From Bacteroidales bacterium (lineage in GTDB: Bacteria > Bacteroidota > Bacteroidia > Bacteroidales > UBA3824): a stretch of DNA of 64,000 nt. A model generated the notes under the pieces. It worked only from the letters and a program-made list of their open reading frames with translations, ran no database searches and was not told where the DNA came from. The stretch is from positions 7,159 through 71,158 of the forward strand of contig JAFPYR010000017.1 of the NCBI GenBank assembly GCA_017412115.1, given 5' to 3'. The translations under genes were made by a program, and so were the position numbers. The first letter of the stretch is position 1. Every line of letters begins with the position of its first letter. This document shows, in pieces, positions 60,383 through 64,000 of the stretch.

Positions 60383-60501
60383 CGTTACTTTACTTTTAGT
60401 AAAGAGAATCCGACATTTTCGGTCTTTTTCTCAAATAATAAACGTAATCAAGGGCGGTTTTAGTATACTCCACCCACTATTTTAGACCTTAAAATTAGTA
60501 A

Positions 60502-60524
60502 TTTTGTTGCATTATACAACAAAA
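60502..60524. promoter_or_regulatory. 8-bp perfect palindrome (ttttgttg-N7-caacaaaa) centred on a TATAAT-like hexamer upstream of the giant gene, candidate operator
   Basis: The arms are 60502-60509 and 60517-60524. The minus strand reads ttttgttgTATAATGcaacaaaa, about 120-140 nt upstream of the ATG at 60382. Confidence 0.3.
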
Positions 60525-60770
60525 AAATACGATAATTTTGTATTAAAAAATAATATTTTTTTGGATAAATTAATAATCAATAAGTTAGCGTAATATTTTT
60601 ATTTAAGATTTTTTTAATTTTTTTAAATATTTCGGGTAAAAAACACATTACAGACAGCACAAAACACCAAAAGCTCATAGCTAAAAAGCTATAAGCGTAA
60701 AGTTTAATTGACCATTCTCTTAGGGCTTTTCGGAACTAAACCCTAAAAAAGAGGTGTCTCTATATTTTAA

Positions 60771-60831
60771 TCAATATCGCAACCAAAATCAAATATTTCG
60801 GAACGCTTCGATTAACTGATTGCGATATTGA
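60771..60831. repeat. 12-bp perfect inverted repeat (tcaatatcgcaa ... ttgcgatattga), possible terminator or operator downstream of the SrfC-like gene
   Basis: The arms are 60771-60782 and 60820-60831, separated by a 37-nt spacer. The right arm ends 22 nt below the stop codon at 60854-60856. T-rich sequence flanks it on the plus-strand side, but there is no clean U-run for the minus strand. Confidence 0.4.
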
Positions 60832-60853
60832 ATTTATTTTGATTTATCGTTTT

Positions 60854-63700
60854 TTATTTCAACTCGGCTAAAATAGTACCGAGTTTAGCATCAGCTTCGG
60901 CACGTTCGGCATCTTTCACGCCCTCTTCGTAATAAACGTTTGCCTCAAACGAAGAACGAAGTCCGACAGCCCACTCATTGAAAAATCTTTCGCCCGGAAA
61001 CTCTACCGACAAACGCAAATCTTTTTTCTTAGGTGCTTTAACAACACGCTTTGCAAAAACAGGTGCCGCATCCGTAGGTTTGACTTTCGGACGCTCAGCC
61101 TCGGGTACAAAATCCCATCCCAAAGAATTTACAAACTTATTTATCAATATTGCGGAAATCCTCGCAACTATATCAACGTTACTCGTGAGTTGGAAAGTTT
61201 CAACATGCTCTCGGACAGCATCTGCTATTACTCTCTTGAGATTAACACGATTTTTGTTACGATTCAATTCGTTCAATATCAAATCAGCTGTTTTCTTGGT
61301 CATGCCAAGCGTATACAAAACATCGTCCTGTTTGATTGTCTCGATATATTCAAGCCAACGGCTCAAAAGTTTTTCGGCGAATACAAATGCTCGGTCATTA
61401 TCATCGCCGCCGGTTTTTTCCTTCTTATCTTTTATGTCAAGAAGTTTTTGAATGTCAATGCCGGAATCCGACAAAACACTCTTCAACTCTTCATCTGACT
61501 GCAAACCGAAATAATCTTTCAGTTTCTGCAAAATACTTTCAGCACCCTCGTCCTTGTCAATCGAAATAAACTGTCCGAGCATATCCAACAAATCCAAATC
61601 CACAGTATTGGAAACGGGTTCTTTCTTGGAAACCTCAGGTGTCTGAACAATTTCAACCTGCTTATTCATCATCAGGTCAAAATATATTTTCCATGACAAG
61701 TCGTCAGTAATGGTAAGTTTGTCTACGAAATTTCCGAAAGTATTTTTCTCTTTCTGCATTTTCATCAACGACATAAATACCTGTGCCGCTGAAACTTTAG
61801 CTTTCTTAATCTTGTCGTCGATATTGCCGCCCTGATAAAAAGCAGACAAAGTATCATACAACTGTGATTTCAAATTTTCAATACCCGATTTTATCTGCTG
61901 AAGTTTAATTTCAGGATTACAAGTCGGGGTCATATATTTGATAATGTAATCAATACCTGACTTATTCGGAGATGTAAATTCTGTCCAACATTCCAAAGGA
62001 TTGTGAACATGAGATACAACATCAGGGTGATTAACCCATGAATTTTTCATGTCCTCAAATTTTTGGATATATTCAGGACGGAGTTGTGTTTCTTTTCCGT
62101 CAGTATCCATTCCCTCAAAAAACGATTTCGACCATTTCGGATCTCTAAGCGGGAAAAGATTTTTGAAAGGACCATTGTTGTCCCAATTCTGAATCCATGT
62201 ATCACCGACAGAAAATCCCATCTGATCCCTAAAATTGGCACCTATTCTTGCCGTCCATTTTGCATTATGGGTTTCAAGTTTGCCCGGAATGTCAGTTGCG
62301 GGGTTGCCGGCAAGTTCGATGTTGAATTTTGTAAATACCACCAAAAGGGGTATAAGTTTTTCGATTTTGTTCTGACCCACTAACAATGCTAACTGACGTT
62401 CTCTTTCAGCACGTTTTTCGGGAGAGCCGCCGTGAGTATTGCGAATCCATTCGTAAAGGAATTTTCCTAAATCAGTAACCTCAGGCTGCTTGTCGTCCAT
62501 ACAGAACAAAAGCGTTGAAATCTCATAATTAAAATTATAACGGTTGAACAAAAAGGCGATTTTACCACGCAAGAAAACCAAAAGTTTGTCGTTATCGTCC
62601 TTTGATTCAAAAGTTATTTCAGGTATTTGCTGACGAGAACGCGCACCGGGGAAGTCCAAAACGTCAGCATCTTTCAAAAATTCGCGTTTAGGATGCTGCG
62701 CCGTGCTGTCGCTCAAAGGCAAAACAACCTCTGCCGTCAAAGCCGACAAAACACTTCTGTCCAAAGATGCTAACAATGTGCCTCCGTCATAACAATTAAC
62801 GGGCGGCTTTTTTGCGTCTTTGTAAAGTTCCCTCAAACGTTCAACATCAAGAATGGTATCTTGTTGAGGAGTCAAAGCAGAAAGTTCCGTCCTAACCTCC
62901 GGCAAGAAATTAAGTTGTTTTAATCCGCCGCTGAGTTGTTTGAAGAGTTCCGTAAAGAACGGCTGTTTGCCCCAAAGCACTTCAAAAACTTTGAATCTGT
63001 CCAAAGCATCAATATAAGGAACAATACCTGCAATGTCGTCCCAAAAATTTATATTGTTTAAATCCTTGATAATGAAACTATCACGGAAATTATTGTTACA
63101 ATAATCCTTTACATCGTAAACATCGTCTTCCGAAAAACCGGGACACAAAGAATTCTGCTTAACGGCAGCAAGCCCTTGAATGGTTTTCTGAATTTCATCT
63201 CTGTTTACGGCGTAAGTATACTGCGTAATATCTGACAGATACCCGTTAGCAATGATTTTAACGAGGTCAGCCTGAGAGAAAAGTCTCAATAAATAAGGTT
63301 TCTGACCGGGTTGCCAATCACTGACTGTGGTAAAACGCGAAACCAAACCCGTCGCCTCTTTACCGCCTCCGGGAGGGTTGATAGATGCAATAAAATCCAC
63401 ATCCTCACCCGTATCAGGCACTTTTACAAAAAGCGATGCCGCCTCAGGAGTCTTTGCAAGGTTGGAAACCAAATAAGATTTTCCGACCTGACTCTGACCG
63501 AATATTGCAACAGAGGGTCTGCGCGGTAACGAGTTCTCGTAACGTTTAGCCTCACGTCTGAGCTTTTTCAAATTATATAAGGTAACGGCGCGTTTGTCTT
63601 TTTCAACATTAGCCGAAACCCATTTCATACTGTCTTCAATTACCTGTTTTACCTTAGTGCATTGCTGAACAAGCGATGCTGTTTGAGGGCTCACTGCCAT
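60854..63700 (-). CDS. large P-loop NTPase, SrfC-like 'putative virulence factor' family protein
   Basis: 948 aa. The Walker A motif 'GQSQVGKS' is at 63476-63499, followed by 'INPPGGGKEATGLVSRFT'. A DxxG-like 'DFPG' is at 62645-62656 and a 'TKFN' at 62321-62332. The C-terminal half is K/E/L-rich and looks helical. The resemblance to SrfC (Pfam Virul_Fac) is recalled from memory, not searched. Confidence 0.5.
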   Translation of the reverse strand: MAVSPQTASLVQQCTKVKQVIEDSMKWVSANVEKDKRAVTLYNLKKLRREAKRYENSLPRRPSVAIFGQSQVGKSYLVSNLAKTPEAASLFVKVPDTGEDVDFIASINPPGGGKEATGLVSRFTTVSDWQPGQKPYLLRLFSQADLVKIIANGYLSDITQYTYAVNRDEIQKTIQGLAAVKQNSLCPGFSEDDVYDVKDYCNNNFRDSFIIKDLNNINFWDDIAGIVPYIDALDRFKVFEVLWGKQPFFTELFKQLSGGLKQLNFLPEVRTELSALTPQQDTILDVERLRELYKDAKKPPVNCYDGGTLLASLDRSVLSALTAEVVLPLSDSTAQHPKREFLKDADVLDFPGARSRQQIPEITFESKDDNDKLLVFLRGKIAFLFNRYNFNYEISTLLFCMDDKQPEVTDLGKFLYEWIRNTHGGSPEKRAERERQLALLVGQNKIEKLIPLLVVFTKFNIELAGNPATDIPGKLETHNAKWTARIGANFRDQMGFSVGDTWIQNWDNNGPFKNLFPLRDPKWSKSFFEGMDTDGKETQLRPEYIQKFEDMKNSWVNHPDVVSHVHNPLECWTEFTSPNKSGIDYIIKYMTPTCNPEIKLQQIKSGIENLKSQLYDTLSAFYQGGNIDDKIKKAKVSAAQVFMSLMKMQKEKNTFGNFVDKLTITDDLSWKIYFDLMMNKQVEIVQTPEVSKKEPVSNTVDLDLLDMLGQFISIDKDEGAESILQKLKDYFGLQSDEELKSVLSDSGIDIQKLLDIKDKKEKTGGDDNDRAFVFAEKLLSRWLEYIETIKQDDVLYTLGMTKKTADLILNELNRNKNRVNLKRVIADAVREHVETFQLTSNVDIVARISAILINKFVNSLGWDFVPEAERPKVKPTDAAPVFAKRVVKAPKKKDLRLSVEFPGERFFNEWAVGLRSSFEANVYYEEGVKDAERAEADAKLGTILAELK

Positions 63701-63718
63701 AGGTTTTAATTTTTTTAA

Positions 63719-64000
63719 TTAAAGTTTAATATCTGCGTATTTGACAGTCTTTTTTGTATCACTTCTTACAACAGCAAAGCTACTGCCTTCTTTGATGTTG
63801 CCATTTCCCGCTCCTGAAGCGTTATGAATTTCGGGATCCACATTGAGAGTCTGTTCGGGCGAAATGAAAACATAATCGCTAAAATACTCGTTGCAATGTT
63901 GTGCCACAAATTCCAAAATCGTTCTTCTCTCCGAAATATAACAGCCCGAAATCAAGGTCAGCATATTCGTTAGAACGGGATATATAAGTTCAAGATTTTC
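63719..64000 (-). CDS. 3' end (94 codons) of an upstream gene running off the window; unknown function, possibly the SrfB-like partner
   Basis: The frame is open to nt 64000, and the Met listed in the ORF track at 63964 is internal. The stop codon is 18 nt upstream of the SrfC-like start. I recognised no motif, so the SrfB suggestion rests only on srfB-srfC synteny. Confidence 0.35.
   Translation of the reverse strand, partial: ENLELIYPVLTNMLTLISGCYISERRTILEFVAQHCNEYFSDYVFISPEQTLNVDPEIHNASGAGNGNIKEGSSFAVVRSDTKKTVKYADIKL

Noticed and set aside
8873-60382. The periodic repeats of the giant ORF might reflect a CRISPR array, a mis-assembled or collapsed repeat, a pseudogene, or an NRPS/PKS megasynthase.
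   Set aside because: The periods are ~270 bp and ~3.36 kb within a coding frame, with no short identical repeats or spacers, so it is not CRISPR. The copies have diverged (45/87 identical in the one module pair I aligned) and all unit offsets are in frame, so assembly collapse or expansion is unlikely. There is not one stop in 51.5 kb, so it is not a pseudogene. There are no adenylation, condensation, KS, AT or carrier motifs, and it has a signal peptide and a T9SS CTD, so it is a secreted structural protein.
60625-60801. An exact 11-bp direct repeat, aaatatttcgg, occurs at 60625-60635 and 60791-60801. It shares ATTTCG with the LytTR-type boxes at 8735-8764.
   Set aside because: The copies are 166 bp apart in very AT-rich DNA, where chance recurrence of an 11-mer is plausible. 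The spacing is not the 21-bp geometry of LytTR sites, and only 6 nt are shared with the other motif.
60978-61569. Plus-strand ORFs (157, 102 and 77 aa) lie antisense to the SrfC-like gene. Similar antisense or out-of-frame ORFs lie inside the kinase, VTC and beta-helix genes (for example 4171-4477, 6052-6641, 7889-8440).
   Set aside because: They are fully nested in longer ORFs that carry clear family motifs. Their translations are low-complexity and motif-free.
1-64000. I searched for mobile elements, an integrase or transposase, tRNA or rRNA genes, and invertible-promoter inverted repeats flanking the giant gene's promoter.
   Set aside because: No transposase, integrase or recombinase-like ORF was seen, and no cloverleaf-like or rRNA-like segment. 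The only long inverted repeat (60771-60831) encloses just 37 nt, which is too short for an invertible promoter.

Overview
Low-GC window that looks like Bacteroidota: signal peptides are cleaved before Gln, a T9SS C-terminal sorting domain is present, and there are TAnnTTTG-like boxes. About 80% of the window (8873-60382, minus strand) is one uninterrupted 51,507-nt reading frame. It encodes a 17,169-aa secreted protein with a signal peptide, a ~190-aa unique head and a very long chain of ~85-95-aa two-cysteine modules. Four PKD-like domains and a T9SS type-B (gliding-motility / CHU_C type) sorting domain close the protein. The chain is hierarchical. A 12-module super-unit of ~3.3-3.5 kb is repeated in tandem nine full times, followed by a 10-module and an 8-module copy (about 16.4-48.7 kb). 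One module pair aligned by eye between copies is ~52% identical. The N-terminal fifth is irregular and carries three 150-210-aa insertions. After a clean intrinsic terminator, the same strand carries a six-gene operon. It encodes a Cthe_2159-type beta-helix lipoprotein, a VTC (polyphosphate-polymerase-like) domain protein, a DUF4956 membrane protein, a DUF2490-like outer-membrane protein, a LytS-type histidine kinase and a LytTR response regulator. A perfect 9-N12-9 direct repeat with the geometry of LytTR binding sites precedes the operon. Upstream of the giant gene lie a 948-aa P-loop protein resembling the SrfC 'putative virulence factor' family and the 3' end of a tightly linked gene. The left edge carries lipid-metabolism genes: a psd fragment and an LTA-synthase/sulfatase-family membrane enzyme. 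I recognised no rRNA, tRNA, CRISPR array, transposase or integrase. All family names come from motif recognition by eye, because no database search was possible.
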